64,000 nucleotides of DNA. It comes from Myxococcota bacterium. Lineage in GTDB: Bacteria > Myxococcota_A > UBA9160 > UBA6930. Positions 38,270-49,136 of this stretch are shown in pieces. Position numbers and translations under genes: made by a program. The stretch's first letter is position 1. Every line of letters begins with the position of its first letter. The notes below the pieces were generated by a model that was not told the origin of the DNA, did no database searches, and saw only the letters and a program-made list of their open reading frames with translations. Location of the stretch: assembly GCA_965223705.1 (NCBI GenBank), contig OZ245015.1, forward strand, positions 1,440,001 through 1,504,000, read 5' to 3'.

Positions 38270-40642
38270 GTGACGGCTCCGAGCCCCTTTCGCCGCGGCC
38301 TCGACGCGCTCCTCCGTCCGCTCGCCTTTGCGTCGCGCGACCTGAGCCACCCTGGAAAGATCCAGAACTTCCGAGAGAACGTGCAGCTGCAAGCGCGGCG
38401 CACCGCCGATCTCGCGATCCCCGAAGACGTTCGCAAACGCCTTCGGGCACTCGCGGCGAGCTTCGACGAAGCCGTCGGAGAGCCCGAGATCGCGCGCGCC
38501 GAAGCGCTGGTCCTCGAGCTGATCGCGCCGGAGTTTTCCGAGGCAGCGCTCGCGCGACCTCTGGCTTCACTTCGTGGGCTAGGCAATAAGCGCTCGGAAT
38601 TGCTCGCGAAACGAGATCTGCGCACCGTGGAGGATCTGCTCTTCCTGTTGCCGCAGCGATACGACGATCGACGCCAGCGGGTCACGGTCGGCCAGCTCGA
38701 GGTCGGTCAGCGAGCGACCTTCGAGGCGACCGTCTTGGTCTCCGGAGAGGCTTCCCATCGCGGTCGCCGCGGGCAACGGCTCATCGAAGCGGTGGTGGGC
38801 GACGACTCGGGCACGGTGAACCTCAAATGGTTCCGCGGCTTCGACTCCCTGCTGCGCACGCTCCGCAAGGGCACCCGACTCCAAGTGACCGGCGACGTCA
38901 AGCGGTACCGCTTCTCGAAGGAAATCGTCCATCCGGAGATCGCCGTCGTCGGGGAGGAAACCTCGGATGCCGGCGACGCGATCCTCGCCGAGTACCCCGC
39001 GATCCAGGGAATCCCGCCCCGCAGTCTCCGCGACGCGATTCGCACCGCGCTCGCTCAATACGCCGATCTGTTTCCGACCTACGCGCCCTCGGGCGACGGC
39101 GACACGGCCTTGCCGGACGTTCCCAATGCGCTGCGCGCTCTCCACGAACCGCAGGGTGACGCCGACGTCGAAGCCCTCCGTCAGCACGGTCACGTCGCGC
39201 ACCAGCGATTGGTGCTCGAGGAGCTCTACCTCCTCGAGGTGGGCCTCGCCCTGAGGCAGCGCGGCGGCGATCGCATCCCTGCGACCCCCGTCGTCCCGAA
39301 GGGGGGGCGCGTCGATCGCGCGCGAGAGAGTTTGCCGTTCGCGCTCACCGGTGCTCAGGACAGGGCATGGCGCGAAATTCGCGAGGATCTCGCCCGCAGC
39401 AGGCCGATGCACCGGCTCCTCCAGGGCGACGTCGGCAGTGGCAAGACGGCGGTGGCCTACTTGGCCGCGTTGGCCACCGCTACGGCGGGCCATCAAACCG
39501 CACTCATGGCGCCCACCGAGCTACTCGCCGAACAACACGCTCGCACCCTCGAGAAGCTCGCGGCAAACGATCCGAGCGTCGGCCTCCGGTTGGCGCTGCT
39601 GACGGCCTCTCGCGGAAAAAGCGCCGCGGCCGAGATCCGGGAAGGCCTGGCGGCGGGCGAAATCGAATGCGTGGTGGGGACGCAAGCGCTCCTCGAGCCC
39701 GGCGTTCGCTTCCGGTCCCTCGCTCTGGCGGTGGTCGACGAACAACATCGCTTCGGTGTGAAGCAGCGGGCCGCGCTTGCTGCGAAGTGTCCCGGCGAAA
39801 AAATGCCGCACACCCTGGTGATGACCGCGACCCCGATTCCACGCACGTTGTCCCTCACCCTCTACGGGGACCTCGACATTTCGGTCATCGACGAGCTGCC
39901 CCCGGGACGCGCGCCGGTCGAGACCCACCTGCTGCGGAGCGGCGAGGGGCCGCGGGTGATGGAACACATCCGGGAGACCCTCGCGCGAGGCGAGCAGGTC
40001 TACGTGGTCTATCCCTTGGTCGAAGAGTCGGAAGCCATCGATCTGCGTTCGGCGACCGAGCAGGCGGAACGGATCGCGCGCGCGCTTCCCGAGGAGCGGG
40101 TCGCGCTGGTCCACGGCCGCCAGGACCCCGCACTTCGCAGCGAGACCATGGCCGCTTTCGAGGCCGGCGAAGTCTCGATCCTGGTGTCGACGACGGTCGT
40201 CGAGGTCGGGGTCGACGTGCCGGGAGCCACGCTGATGGTGATCGAGCACGCAGAGCGCTTTGGTCTCGCGCAGTTACACCAGCTTCGCGGACGTGTCGGG
40301 CGAGGTTCGCGGCCGGGCACGTGCCTGCTGATCGCCCGGGGCTCCACCGAAGACAGTGAGGCGCGACTCCGGGCCCTCCTCACGACAACCGACGGTTTCG
40401 ACATCGCGGACGCCGATCTACGCATCCGCGGTCCCGGTGAGTTCTTGGGTACGCGCCAGCATGGCCACTTGCCCGCACTTCGGATGGCCGATCTCCTGCG
40501 CGACACGCGGCTCCTCGCCGAGGCGCGCCGGCTCGCCTTCGAAGCGGTCGCGAAGGATCCGGAGTTGACCGAGCGCCCGGGGCTCGCCCGGGCGGTGGAG
40601 AGGCGTTGGGGTGAGCGACTCGCCCTCGCAGACGTCGGATGA
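38270..40642 (+). CDS. recG: ATP-dependent DNA helicase RecG
   Basis: LLQGDVGSGKT, DEQHRFGV, MTATPIPRT, HQLRGRVGRG, RGPGE. Confidence 0.97.
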   Translation: MTAPSPFRRGLDALLRPLAFASRDLSHPGKIQNFRENVQLQARRTADLAIPEDVRKRLRALAASFDEAVGEPEIARAEALVLELIAPEFSEAALARPLASLRGLGNKRSELLAKRDLRTVEDLLFLLPQRYDDRRQRVTVGQLEVGQRATFEATVLVSGEASHRGRRGQRLIEAVVGDDSGTVNLKWFRGFDSLLRTLRKGTRLQVTGDVKRYRFSKEIVHPEIAVVGEETSDAGDAILAEYPAIQGIPPRSLRDAIRTALAQYADLFPTYAPSGDGDTALPDVPNALRALHEPQGDADVEALRQHGHVAHQRLVLEELYLLEVGLALRQRGGDRIPATPVVPKGGRVDRARESLPFALTGAQDRAWREIREDLARSRPMHRLLQGDVGSGKTAVAYLAALATATAGHQTALMAPTELLAEQHARTLEKLAANDPSVGLRLALLTASRGKSAAAEIREGLAAGEIECVVGTQALLEPGVRFRSLALAVVDEQHRFGVKQRAALAAKCPGEKMPHTLVMTATPIPRTLSLTLYGDLDISVIDELPPGRAPVETHLLRSGEGPRVMEHIRETLARGEQVYVVYPLVEESEAIDLRSATEQAERIARALPEERVALVHGRQDPALRSETMAAFEAGEVSILVSTTVVEVGVDVPGATLMVIEHAERFGLAQLHQLRGRVGRGSRPGTCLLIARGSTEDSEARLRALLTTTDGFDIADADLRIRGPGEFLGTRQHGHLPALRMADLLRDTRLLAEARRLAFEAVAKDPELTERPGLARAVERRWGERLALADVG

Positions 40643-40653
40643 CCGCGCTCGGC

Positions 40654-42183
40654 CTAGAGGACGGCCTCGATGAGATGGGGGCCGGGCTCGCTCAGCGCTA
40701 CCAGGATTTCGCGGTGGAGCTCCTCGGCTCGCGTCACACGTGTCGCCGGGACACCCATGCCGGCGGCAAACTGCGTCCAGTCGAGATCGGGCTGACCCAA
40801 ATCCGTTAGCGCGGACGCCTTCTCTTCCGGCTTCTTCACGCCTACGCGCGCGAGCTCGATCCGCAGGATCCGGTAGCTCCGGTTGGAGCAGATGATGGTC
40901 GTCACATCGAGCCCTTCGCGCGCCTGGGTCCACAGGGCTTGCAGGGTGTACATCCCGCTGCCGTCCGCCTGGAGGTTGATCACCGGGCGGTCGGGGCATG
41001 CGATCGCAGCGCCGGTCGCGCAGGGCATTCCCTGGCCGATCGCCCCTCCGGTGAGCTGTAAGACCGAGTGCGCCGGCGCGCGGTGGGCGAGTTCGGTGTA
41101 GGGACCTCCGGACGTCGCCGATTCGTCGACCACAATCGCGCCCTCGGGTTGTGCGGCGCAGAGCGCCGCCGCCAAGGATTCGGCGTCGAGTGGACCGTTC
41201 GGGACCCCGGGGAGCGGCGCCGCAGGGGCTCGCGCCACGTTTGGAAAGTCCGCAGCCAGCTCTTCGAGAACCGCGACGCTGTCCTCCGAGACGCCGGACA
41301 CCGGGCACACCTGGGTCTCTTCGGGAACCAGCGAACTCGGAACTCCCGGATACCCGAAGAAGGCGACGGGCTCGCGCGCACCGAACAGCAGCAGCTCGCG
41401 GACCGGCGCGAGCATCGCGAGGGCGGGCTCCGGGAAGTACGGGAGTCGCGTCGCTCTCGCGTGTGCTCCGCCGCGTTCAGCGCGCGCCACAAAGGTCTCG
41501 GCGATGAGCTCCGAGCCGGTCGCGGCGGCGATCCGCCCGGCGGCGGCGAGACCTTCCTCGGTCAGCGCGTTGGCCCCGAGGAGAAGTGCGCAAGGACCGC
41601 CTTTGAGGGCGGCCCGGGCCGCGGCGACGCGATCCTGTGGGACCGCCGTCGCCCCGTCGGCGGCGAGCGGGTCACAGGGCTCGCCCGGCCCGTCCTGCGC
41701 GTCTGTCGGCAGGACGAGGGTCGCGACCCGGCCCGGCGCGGAACCGGCCGCGGCGATGGCTCGGGCGGTATCCGCCGGGGCCGCGTCGGAGTGCGTTGTG
41801 TGGTGAAACCAGGGGGAGACCGGACGCGCCAAGCTCTCGATGTCCGAGGTGAGCGGCGCGTCGGCGTGGAGGTGCCAGCTCGCGTGGTCGCCGATGAGAT
41901 TCACGATCGGCGTGTGCGCGCGCCGGGCGTTGTGCAGATTCGCCAGCCCGTTCGCTAAGCCGGGGCCCAAATGGAGAAGGGTCAGGGCAGGCGTGCGACG
42001 CATGCGGCCGTACCCGTCCGCCGCGCCGGTGCAGACCCCTTCGAACAGGCCCAGCACGGCGCGCATCTCCGGCACGCGGTCGAGCGCCCGGACCAGCGCC
42101 ATCTCGGTGGTCCCGGGGTTCGCGAAGCACACGTCCACGCCCGCCCGGACGGCGGTTCGGAGTAGGGCTTCGGCGGCTTCCAT
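40654..42183 (-). CDS. TPP-dependent enzyme, acetolactate synthase large-subunit-like
   Basis: [39 protein letters not shown] motif; ATG 42183 after AAGGAG. Confidence 0.88.
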   Translation of the reverse strand: MEAAEALLRTAVRAGVDVCFANPGTTEMALVRALDRVPEMRAVLGLFEGVCTGAADGYGRMRRTPALTLLHLGPGLANGLANLHNARRAHTPIVNLIGDHASWHLHADAPLTSDIESLARPVSPWFHHTTHSDAAPADTARAIAAAGSAPGRVATLVLPTDAQDGPGEPCDPLAADGATAVPQDRVAAARAALKGGPCALLLGANALTEEGLAAAGRIAAATGSELIAETFVARAERGGAHARATRLPYFPEPALAMLAPVRELLLFGAREPVAFFGYPGVPSSLVPEETQVCPVSGVSEDSVAVLEELAADFPNVARAPAAPLPGVPNGPLDAESLAAALCAAQPEGAIVVDESATSGGPYTELAHRAPAHSVLQLTGGAIGQGMPCATGAAIACPDRPVINLQADGSGMYTLQALWTQAREGLDVTTIICSNRSYRILRIELARVGVKKPEEKASALTDLGQPDLDWTQFAAGMGVPATRVTRAEELHREILVALSEPGPHLIEAVL

Positions 42184-42421
42184 CGTGACTCCTTGTCGGT
42201 TCCCAGGGGGAAGATACCCCAGTCGCGGCGTCAAGCGGCCCGGATTCCGTCGCAAAAACCGCACTTTGGTCTGGATTAATGCGGCCCTTCCATTTACTGT
42301 CGCCCGACCGGATCACCGCGCGCCGATCGGCGGCGCCTGTCCGTGCCGGAATACCCAATACGCGACCAAAGACGCTCCGGGCATTGCTCAGAGAGACGGG
42401 AGCGTTCGCGGGAGGGCCCAG

Positions 42422-44467
42422 ATGCCGACCACTGAGATCGCTTTTGCCGCGAGCATCCTCGCCATTGTTGTGGGGATCGTGCTCTACAAGAGGGTGCTGT
42501 CCGCGCCGACCTCGACCGACCGGGCGAATGACATCGCCTCGGCGATCGCCGTGGGAGCCCAGGCGTTCTTGAGCCGTCAATACCGGACGGTGGGGATGGT
42601 GGGCTTGCCGATCGGGATACTCATCGGCTTCATCCCGTCCCTCGGTTGGTGGTACGCCGGCGGCTTCTTTCTCGGCGCGATCGCCAGCGCCGCGGCGGGT
42701 TTCATCGGCATGAACGTCTCCGTGCGCGCGAACTTGCGCGTAGCGCAAGCGGCCAGCAACGGCTTCGGGCCCGCTTTCTCCCTCGCGTTTCAGGGCGGGG
42801 CGGTAACGGGCCTCATGGTGGTGGGGGCGGGCCTGTTGTCGCTCGCGCTCGTCGTCTTCGCGATGCACCAGGCCGGGTATCACCAGCCCGATGCGCTGAT
42901 CGGCTTGGCTTTCGGCGGCTCGCTGATCTCCGTCTTTGCGCGCCTCGGCGGCGGGATCTTCACGAAAGGCGCCGACGTCGGTGCCGACTTGGTCGGAAAA
43001 GTCGAAGCGAACATTCCCGAAGACGATCCCCGCAATCCGGCGGTGATTGCGGACAACGTCGGCGACAACGTCGGCGACTGCGCCGGAATGGCGGCGGACC
43101 TCTTCGAGACCTTCGGCGTGACGGCGGCCGCGGCGATGCTGATCGCGCACATCGTCTTCCCGGAAAACCAGACCATGTTCCTCTATCCCTTGGCGATCGG
43201 CGCTGCCGGCGTGATCGGATCCGTGGTGGCGCTCTTCGTGGTTCGCATCGGCGAGCCCGCGAAGGGCGAGTCGCCGGCCGTGATGCGCGCGATGTACCTG
43301 GGCCTCGGCTTGGCCACGCTCGTGATGTTGGGGCTGGTCTGGGTGATGACGGGCATGATCTCGATTCCGTCGGTCGACGCGCACGGCACCGCCATCACGG
43401 CCCGAAGCCTCTGGATTTGCGCCGCTGCGGGCGGGGTCGTGACCGGCGTCATGATGTGGATCACGGACGTCTACACCGGCGACGGTTCGTCCTTCGTGAA
43501 ACGCATCGCCTCGGCGAGCGAAGGCGGACACGCGACGAACATCATCAGCGGCCTCGCCGTGGGCATGCAGGCGACGGTGGTGCCGGTGGTCGTGATCGTC
43601 GCTGCGATCGTCTTGTGCTCGAACTTGGCCGGTCTCTACGGCGTCGGGGTCGCGGCGATGAGCATGCTGTCCCTCGCCGGGATCGTGGTGGCGATCGACG
43701 CCTACGGCCCGATCACGGACAATGCCGGCGGTATCGCCGAGATGGCCGAGCTCGGAGACGCGGTCCGCGACGTCACCGATCCCCTCGATGCATTCGGCAA
43801 CACGACGAAAGCCGTCACGAAGGGTTATGCGATCGCATCGGCGGGGCTCGCTGCGGTGGTTCTCTTCGCGACCTACATCGAAGACCTGAAGCGCCTCGGG
43901 GGTATCGAGACGTCCTTCGACCTGGCGAGCGTCCCGGTCCTCGGGGGCCTCTTCATCGGCGCGATGATTCCGTTCGTGTTCGCGTCCCTCGCCATGAACG
44001 CCGTCGCGGTGGCGGGGCAGCGCGTTGTCGACGAGGTGCGCCGCCAATTCCGCGAGATCGAAGGCATCATGGAGGGTACGGGGAAGCCCGACTACCGCAC
44101 CTGCGTCGACATCGTGACGAGCGAGGCGCTGCGCTTGATGGTCGCCCCGGCGCTCATCCCGGCGCTGATTCCGATCGTCGTGGGCTTCGCCCTGGGGGCG
44201 CAGGCCTTGGGGGGCCTCCTCATCGGGTCGATCGTCGCGGGCGTTTGCGTCGCCTTGTCGATGACGACCGGCGGCGCAGCCTGGGACAACGCGAAGAAGT
44301 ACATCGAGACCGGCGCGCACGGGGGCAAGGGCTCCGAGGCCCACAAAGCCTCGGTCACCGGCGACACCGTCGGCGACCCCTACAAGGACACCGCAGGACC
44401 CGCGATCAACCCGATGCTCAAGCTGGTGAACATCGTGGCGCTCCTGGTGATTCCCTTCCTGTCGTAG
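42422..44467 (+). CDS. hppA: Membrane-bound ion-translocating pyrophosphatase (K+-independent signature)
   Basis: [51 protein letters not shown] 42422 after GGAGGG. Confidence 0.96.
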   Translation: MPTTEIAFAASILAIVVGIVLYKRVLSAPTSTDRANDIASAIAVGAQAFLSRQYRTVGMVGLPIGILIGFIPSLGWWYAGGFFLGAIASAAAGFIGMNVSVRANLRVAQAASNGFGPAFSLAFQGGAVTGLMVVGAGLLSLALVVFAMHQAGYHQPDALIGLAFGGSLISVFARLGGGIFTKGADVGADLVGKVEANIPEDDPRNPAVIADNVGDNVGDCAGMAADLFETFGVTAAAAMLIAHIVFPENQTMFLYPLAIGAAGVIGSVVALFVVRIGEPAKGESPAVMRAMYLGLGLATLVMLGLVWVMTGMISIPSVDAHGTAITARSLWICAAAGGVVTGVMMWITDVYTGDGSSFVKRIASASEGGHATNIISGLAVGMQATVVPVVVIVAAIVLCSNLAGLYGVGVAAMSMLSLAGIVVAIDAYGPITDNAGGIAEMAELGDAVRDVTDPLDAFGNTTKAVTKGYAIASAGLAAVVLFATYIEDLKRLGGIETSFDLASVPVLGGLFIGAMIPFVFASLAMNAVAVAGQRVVDEVRRQFREIEGIMEGTGKPDYRTCVDIVTSEALRLMVAPALIPALIPIVVGFALGAQALGGLLIGSIVAGVCVALSMTTGGAAWDNAKKYIETGAHGGKGSEAHKASVTGDTVGDPYKDTAGPAINPMLKLVNIVALLVIPFLS

Positions 44468-44475
44468 GAGCACGC

Positions 44476-44502
44476 ACGGGAAGGGGCTCCGCGCCTTCCC
44501 GT
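44476..44502 (+). terminator. Hairpin after hppA (possible terminator, no U-tract)
   Basis: ACGGGAAGG / CCTTCCCGT perfect 9-bp stem 8 nt after stop. Confidence 0.45.
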
Positions 44503-44649
44503 CCGAATGGTCTCGGTAGACTACCGGCTCCTTGCCGGCGGTCCGGCCGTCCCATACCGTCGCCTATTCGAGTTTTGCCTCGCTTGAGACCTCGGCTGAG
44601 AAGGCCGATAAGGGCAAAGGCTGAGCCCAATTGCCCCAACAGAGAGCCA

Positions 44650-45858
44650 ATGACGGGTCCGATTCGCCACGATTTCTCAAAACTCCGTCGCCTCCCTCCA
44701 TACGTTTTGGCGGAGGTGACCGCACTTCGGCACGCCGCCCGGCGAGCCGGCGAGGACGTGGTCGATCTGGGGATGGGGAACCCCGACCTCCCGACGCCGC
44801 CGCACGTCGTGGAGAAGATCTGCGAAGCCGCCCGCAATGATCGGAACCACCGCTATTCCTCTTCGCGCGGCGTTCCGAACCTCCGCGCCGCGGCTTGCGA
44901 GTGGTATGAGCGTCGCCACGGTGTGACTCTCGATCCCGAAACGGAAGCCATCGCGGTGATCGGCGCGAAGGAGGGGCTCTCGCATTTCGTTCTCGTCACG
45001 ACGGGCCCCGGCGATGTCGTCCTCGCGCCGGATCCGACGTACCCCATCCATCAGTACTCGGTGATCATCGCCGGCGGCGACTTGCGCCACGTACCGCTCA
45101 CACCGGATTCCGACTTCATCGAGAACCTCGAGCTGGCATTGCAGCGGACGTGGCCAAAACCGAAGCTGCTCATCCTGTCGTTTCCGCATAATCCGACGAC
45201 GGTGACGGTGGATCGCCATTTCTTCGAACGCATCGTCGAGTTTGCCCGCGAACACCAGCTGATGGTCATCCACGATTTCGCCTACGCCGAGATCTGCTTC
45301 GATGGCTACCGACCGCCGAGTATTCTCGAGGTTCCCGGGGCGAAGGACGTCGCGATCGAGTTCATTTCGCTGTCGAAGAGTCACTCGATGGCGGGTTGGC
45401 GGGTCGGGTTTGCCTGCGGAAACCCGGAGATGATTCACGCGTTGACGCGCATCAAGAGCTACCTCGACTACGGGATCCCGCAGCCGATCCAAATCGGGGC
45501 GATCGTCGCACTGCGCGGTCCTCAAGACTGTGTCGAGGAGGCCGCCGCGGAATATCGCGAACGTCGGGACGTGCTCGTCGAAGGATTGGCCGCGGAAGGC
45601 CCGGGCCAGTGGAAAATGGAGAAGCCCCAGGCGACGATGTTTGTCTGGGCGCCGCTTCCCGAGCCGTTCACATCGATGGGGTCGCTCGAGTTCTCGAAAC
45701 GACTGCTCAAAGAAGCGAAAGTCGCCGTCGCTCCGGGCGTGGGCTTTGGCGCAAACGGCGAGGGCTACGTGCGGTTCGCGTTGGTGGAGAATCGTCATCG
45801 GATTCGGCAAGCGGCACGGGGGATCCGCCGCTTCCTGCGCGACTCGGAGGTTCGCTAG
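44650..45858 (+). CDS. alaC: Class I/II PLP aminotransferase (AlaC-like)
   Basis: [47 protein letters not shown] 44650. Confidence 0.85.
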   Translation: MTGPIRHDFSKLRRLPPYVLAEVTALRHAARRAGEDVVDLGMGNPDLPTPPHVVEKICEAARNDRNHRYSSSRGVPNLRAAACEWYERRHGVTLDPETEAIAVIGAKEGLSHFVLVTTGPGDVVLAPDPTYPIHQYSVIIAGGDLRHVPLTPDSDFIENLELALQRTWPKPKLLILSFPHNPTTVTVDRHFFERIVEFAREHQLMVIHDFAYAEICFDGYRPPSILEVPGAKDVAIEFISLSKSHSMAGWRVGFACGNPEMIHALTRIKSYLDYGIPQPIQIGAIVALRGPQDCVEEAAAEYRERRDVLVEGLAAEGPGQWKMEKPQATMFVWAPLPEPFTSMGSLEFSKRLLKEAKVAVAPGVGFGANGEGYVRFALVENRHRIRQAARGIRRFLRDSEVR

Positions 45859-45860
45859 TC

Positions 45861-47180
45861 ATGGCGTCAGGCGTCGGGATCGGACTCATCGGCCTGGGGA
45901 CCGTGGGAGGCGGCGTCGTGAAAGTGCTGCAGCGCAACCGCGACGTGATCGCTTCGCGCTTGGGGTTTCCCCTCGAGCTTCGGCGCATCATCGATCGAAA
46001 CCCCGACCGTAAGCGGGATTTCGACCTGGGCGACGTTCGGATCGAAACCGATCCCGAGATCCTTATCCGGGATCCCGAAGTCTCCGTCATCATCGAGCTC
46101 ATCGGGGGCTACGACGCCGCGAAAGAATTGACCCTACGCGCGTTTCAAGCAGGCAAGCACGTGGTGACGGCGAACAAAGCCCTGCTCGCCGTACACGGCG
46201 AGGAGATATTCGCGGCCGCGCGTAAGCACAACGTCGACATCGCCTTCGAAGCGAGCGTCGGCGGCGGCATCCCCATCCTCCGGTCCATGCGCGAGGGACT
46301 GTCGGCGAACCGCATCGAGGGATTGTCCGGCATCATGAACGGCACGACGAACTACGTGCTGACCGAAATGGAGCGCACCGGAGAAGATTTTGCACCGGTC
46401 CTCGAGCGGGCTCAACAACTCGGTTACGCCGAAGCGGACCCGAGCTTCGACGTCGACGGCGTCGACGCTGCGCACAAGCTCACCTTGCTCGTCGCGATGG
46501 CGTTCGGCACGCAGCTCGCGTTCAAAGACATCCCGACCGAAGGGATTCGCGGACTGACACCGCTCGATTTCGATTCCGCCCGCGAATTCGGTTACCGGAT
46601 CAAGCTACTCGGCATCGCGAAGCGCAACCGCGGACCGCATGGCGAGCGCATCGAAGCGCGCGTGCACCCCACCATGATTCGCCAATCGAGTCTGCTCGCG
46701 AACGTCGACGGGGCGATGAACGCCATTGCGGTCGAAGGCGACGCCGTCGGTCCGACGCTCTACTACGGGGCCGGCGCCGGTGAGCTGCCGACCGCGAGCG
46801 CCGTAGTCGCCGATCTGATGGAGATCGCTCGGGAAATTCATCGCGGCACGGCAGGGCGCGTCGCTCCGTTGTCGTATCCGACCGAGGCGCTCCGCACCCA
46901 GGAGCTCGTCCCCCTGTCGGACATCCGCGGGCGAGCCTATCTCGTGTTTCAGGCGCAGGACCGGCCGGGCGTGCTGGCAAAAATTGCGGGTCTGTTGGGT
47001 GAGCAAGAGATCAGTCTCGAAAGTGTGGTCCAGCACGGCGGCAGCGGGCCGACGGTCCCCGTGGTTGTCTTGACGCACCCCGCGCGGGAAGGGGCTCTGC
47101 GCGAAGCGCTGGGGCGCATCGATCAGCTACCGGAAGTGGGCGAGCCCACGAGGATGATCCGCATCGACGAGGAGATCTGA
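45861..47180 (+). CDS. hom: Homoserine dehydrogenase with ACT domain
   Basis: [44 protein letters not shown]. Confidence 0.96.
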   Translation: MASGVGIGLIGLGTVGGGVVKVLQRNRDVIASRLGFPLELRRIIDRNPDRKRDFDLGDVRIETDPEILIRDPEVSVIIELIGGYDAAKELTLRAFQAGKHVVTANKALLAVHGEEIFAAARKHNVDIAFEASVGGGIPILRSMREGLSANRIEGLSGIMNGTTNYVLTEMERTGEDFAPVLERAQQLGYAEADPSFDVDGVDAAHKLTLLVAMAFGTQLAFKDIPTEGIRGLTPLDFDSAREFGYRIKLLGIAKRNRGPHGERIEARVHPTMIRQSSLLANVDGAMNAIAVEGDAVGPTLYYGAGAGELPTASAVVADLMEIAREIHRGTAGRVAPLSYPTEALRTQELVPLSDIRGRAYLVFQAQDRPGVLAKIAGLLGEQEISLESVVQHGGSGPTVPVVVLTHPAREGALREALGRIDQLPEVGEPTRMIRIDEEI

Positions 47181-48532
47181 TGGCTGCGACCGCTACGCCG
47201 CACCGCGCGTGGTTCGAGAGCCTTCGCGATCCGAGCGAACGCTATGCACTCGACGAAGTCGTTTATACCGACTCGAGCGGGGGGCTCCTTCAGGTCGCTC
47301 ACGATATGGAGGCGTTGCGTAAGACGAGCGCGGAAACCTGGCGTCAACGCTTCGACGAGCGGGGACACCGCAACCGCTGGCCCTACGGTTCGGGGGTTTG
47401 GGGAAAGAAGGAGTGGGTCCTCCCCGAGATCGACAACGAGAACATCGTGTCGATGTACGAGGGGCACACGAATCTCTTCTGGGCGGAGCGCTACGGCGCT
47501 TCGCTCGGTCTCGAAGACTTGTGGCTCAAGCTCTGCGGCAATACGCACACCGGTTCGTTCAAAGATCTCGGCATGACGGTATTGGTCTCGATGGTGAGTG
47601 AAATGATCGCGCGCGGGAAGGAGATCCGCGCCGTTGCCTGCGCTTCGACGGGCGATACTTCGGCCGCGCTCTCCGCCTACGCCGCGGCGGCCGGGATTCC
47701 CGCGGTGGTCTTCTTGCCGCGCGACAAGATCTCGCTCGCTCAACTGATCCAGCCGGTGGCGAACGGCGCGATCGTGTTCGCCTTGGACACGGATTTTGAT
47801 GGCTGCATGGAAATCGTGAAGAAGGTCGCCGAGAAAGACGGCATCTACTTGGCGAACTCAATGAACAGTTTGCGGATCGAGGGGCAAAAGACCGTCGCGA
47901 TCGAGATCGTCCAGCAATTCGACTGGGATCCCCCCGATTGGATCGTCATTCCGGGAGGCAACCTCGGGAACGTATCGGCGCTCGCGAAGGGGCTCGATAT
48001 GATGATCGACCTGGGCCTCATCGAGAAGCGGCCTCGAATCGTGTGCGCTCAGGCCGAAAACGCGAATCCTCTCTATTTGGCGTACCAACGCGGTTTCGAG
48101 GTGTTCGAACCGATCTCCGCTCGACCGACGCTGGCATCGGCGATTCAAATCGGAAACCCGGTCTCGTACGAGAAAGCCGTCGATGCACTGCGCCGCTACG
48201 ACGGCATCGTCGAACAAGCCAGTGAAGTGGAACTCGCCGAAGCGAGCGCCGAGGCCGATCGCACGGGCTTGTTCAATTGCCCGCACACGGGAGTCGCGCT
48301 GGCCGCGATGAAGAAACTCGCCCTTGCGGGAACGATTCGACGCGGAGATCGGGTGGTGGTCATATCGACCGCTCACGGCCTCAAGTTCGTCGACGTCAAG
48401 GTGCGATACCACGAAATGAAACTCGAGGGTGTCGAGTCCGCGTTGCCGAATCCCGAGATCCCGCTTCCCGCGGACTACGCCGTGGTCCGAGATCGCATGC
48501 TGAAAGAGATCGAATTGCGGTTCGGGAGCTAG
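47180..48532 (+). CDS. thrC: Threonine synthase (plant-type subfamily)
   Basis: TGSFKDLG (PLP Lys), [26 protein letters not shown]. Confidence 0.95.
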   Translation: MAATATPHRAWFESLRDPSERYALDEVVYTDSSGGLLQVAHDMEALRKTSAETWRQRFDERGHRNRWPYGSGVWGKKEWVLPEIDNENIVSMYEGHTNLFWAERYGASLGLEDLWLKLCGNTHTGSFKDLGMTVLVSMVSEMIARGKEIRAVACASTGDTSAALSAYAAAAGIPAVVFLPRDKISLAQLIQPVANGAIVFALDTDFDGCMEIVKKVAEKDGIYLANSMNSLRIEGQKTVAIEIVQQFDWDPPDWIVIPGGNLGNVSALAKGLDMMIDLGLIEKRPRIVCAQAENANPLYLAYQRGFEVFEPISARPTLASAIQIGNPVSYEKAVDALRRYDGIVEQASEVELAEASAEADRTGLFNCPHTGVALAAMKKLALAGTIRRGDRVVVISTAHGLKFVDVKVRYHEMKLEGVESALPNPEIPLPADYAVVRDRMLKEIELRFGS

Positions 48533-48533
48533 C

Positions 48534-49136
48534 ATGTTCACCGGCATCATCGAAACCGTCGGACGCGTCGCCCAGTTGCGGGATGAGGGGGGTCTACGAC
48601 GACTGCGGGTTGTGGCTCCTTCGATCCGCGACGGGGTCGCCATCGGCGACAGTATCGCCGTAAACGGCGCCTGTCTGACCGTCACGGAATTCCACGACGA
48701 CGGCTTTTCCTTCGACGCGATTGCCGAGACCCTCGCCCTGACCACGATCGGCGACTTGAACGTCGATTCGGCAGTGAACCTCGAGCGGGCCATGCGCGCC
48801 GACGCGCGTTTCGACGGGCACATCGTGCAAGGCCACGTCGACGAGACCGGGACGGTTTCGAATCTCGAGCGGAAGGGCGACGACGTGCGCCTTTACGTCG
48901 CCTGCAGCCCCGAATTTTCCGAACTGCTCGTGGAGAAGGGCTCGGTCGCGATCGCCGGCGTTTCGCTCACGGTGGTCGGCGTGCGAAGCGACGGCTTCGA
49001 CGTAGCGCTCATTCCCCACACATTGGCGGTGACGACGCTGGGCGAACTCTCCCCGGGCTCGCGGGTCAACCTGGAAGCGGACGTTCTCGGGAAGTACGTG
49101 AATCGCTACCTCCGCCGCGTGGCCGTCTCGTCTTGA
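48534..49136 (+). CDS. ribE: Riboflavin synthase alpha chain
   Basis: MFTGII, VNGACLT, VNLERA, GHIVQGHVD, VNLEAD. Confidence 0.97.
   Translation: MFTGIIETVGRVAQLRDEGGLRRLRVVAPSIRDGVAIGDSIAVNGACLTVTEFHDDGFSFDAIAETLALTTIGDLNVDSAVNLERAMRADARFDGHIVQGHVDETGTVSNLERKGDDVRLYVACSPEFSELLVEKGSVAIAGVSLTVVGVRSDGFDVALIPHTLAVTTLGELSPGSRVNLEADVLGKYVNRYLRRVAVSS

Noticed and set aside
42211..42234. Minus-strand TTGACG..TATCTT promoter for the TPP enzyme
   Set aside because: Spacer is only 12 nt, too short for a sigma70 pair; the -10 alone may still be real
41672..44473. 933-aa minus-strand ORF
   Set aside because: Antisense shadow of hppA
44590..44630. TPP riboswitch suggested by GGCTGAGA
   Set aside because: Downstream ACCTG/AGCG-type core elements are missing and gene context is unrelated
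42646..44649. Apparent 1070-aa aminotransferase fusion
   Set aside because: Off-frame read of hppA; homology starts at ATG 44650
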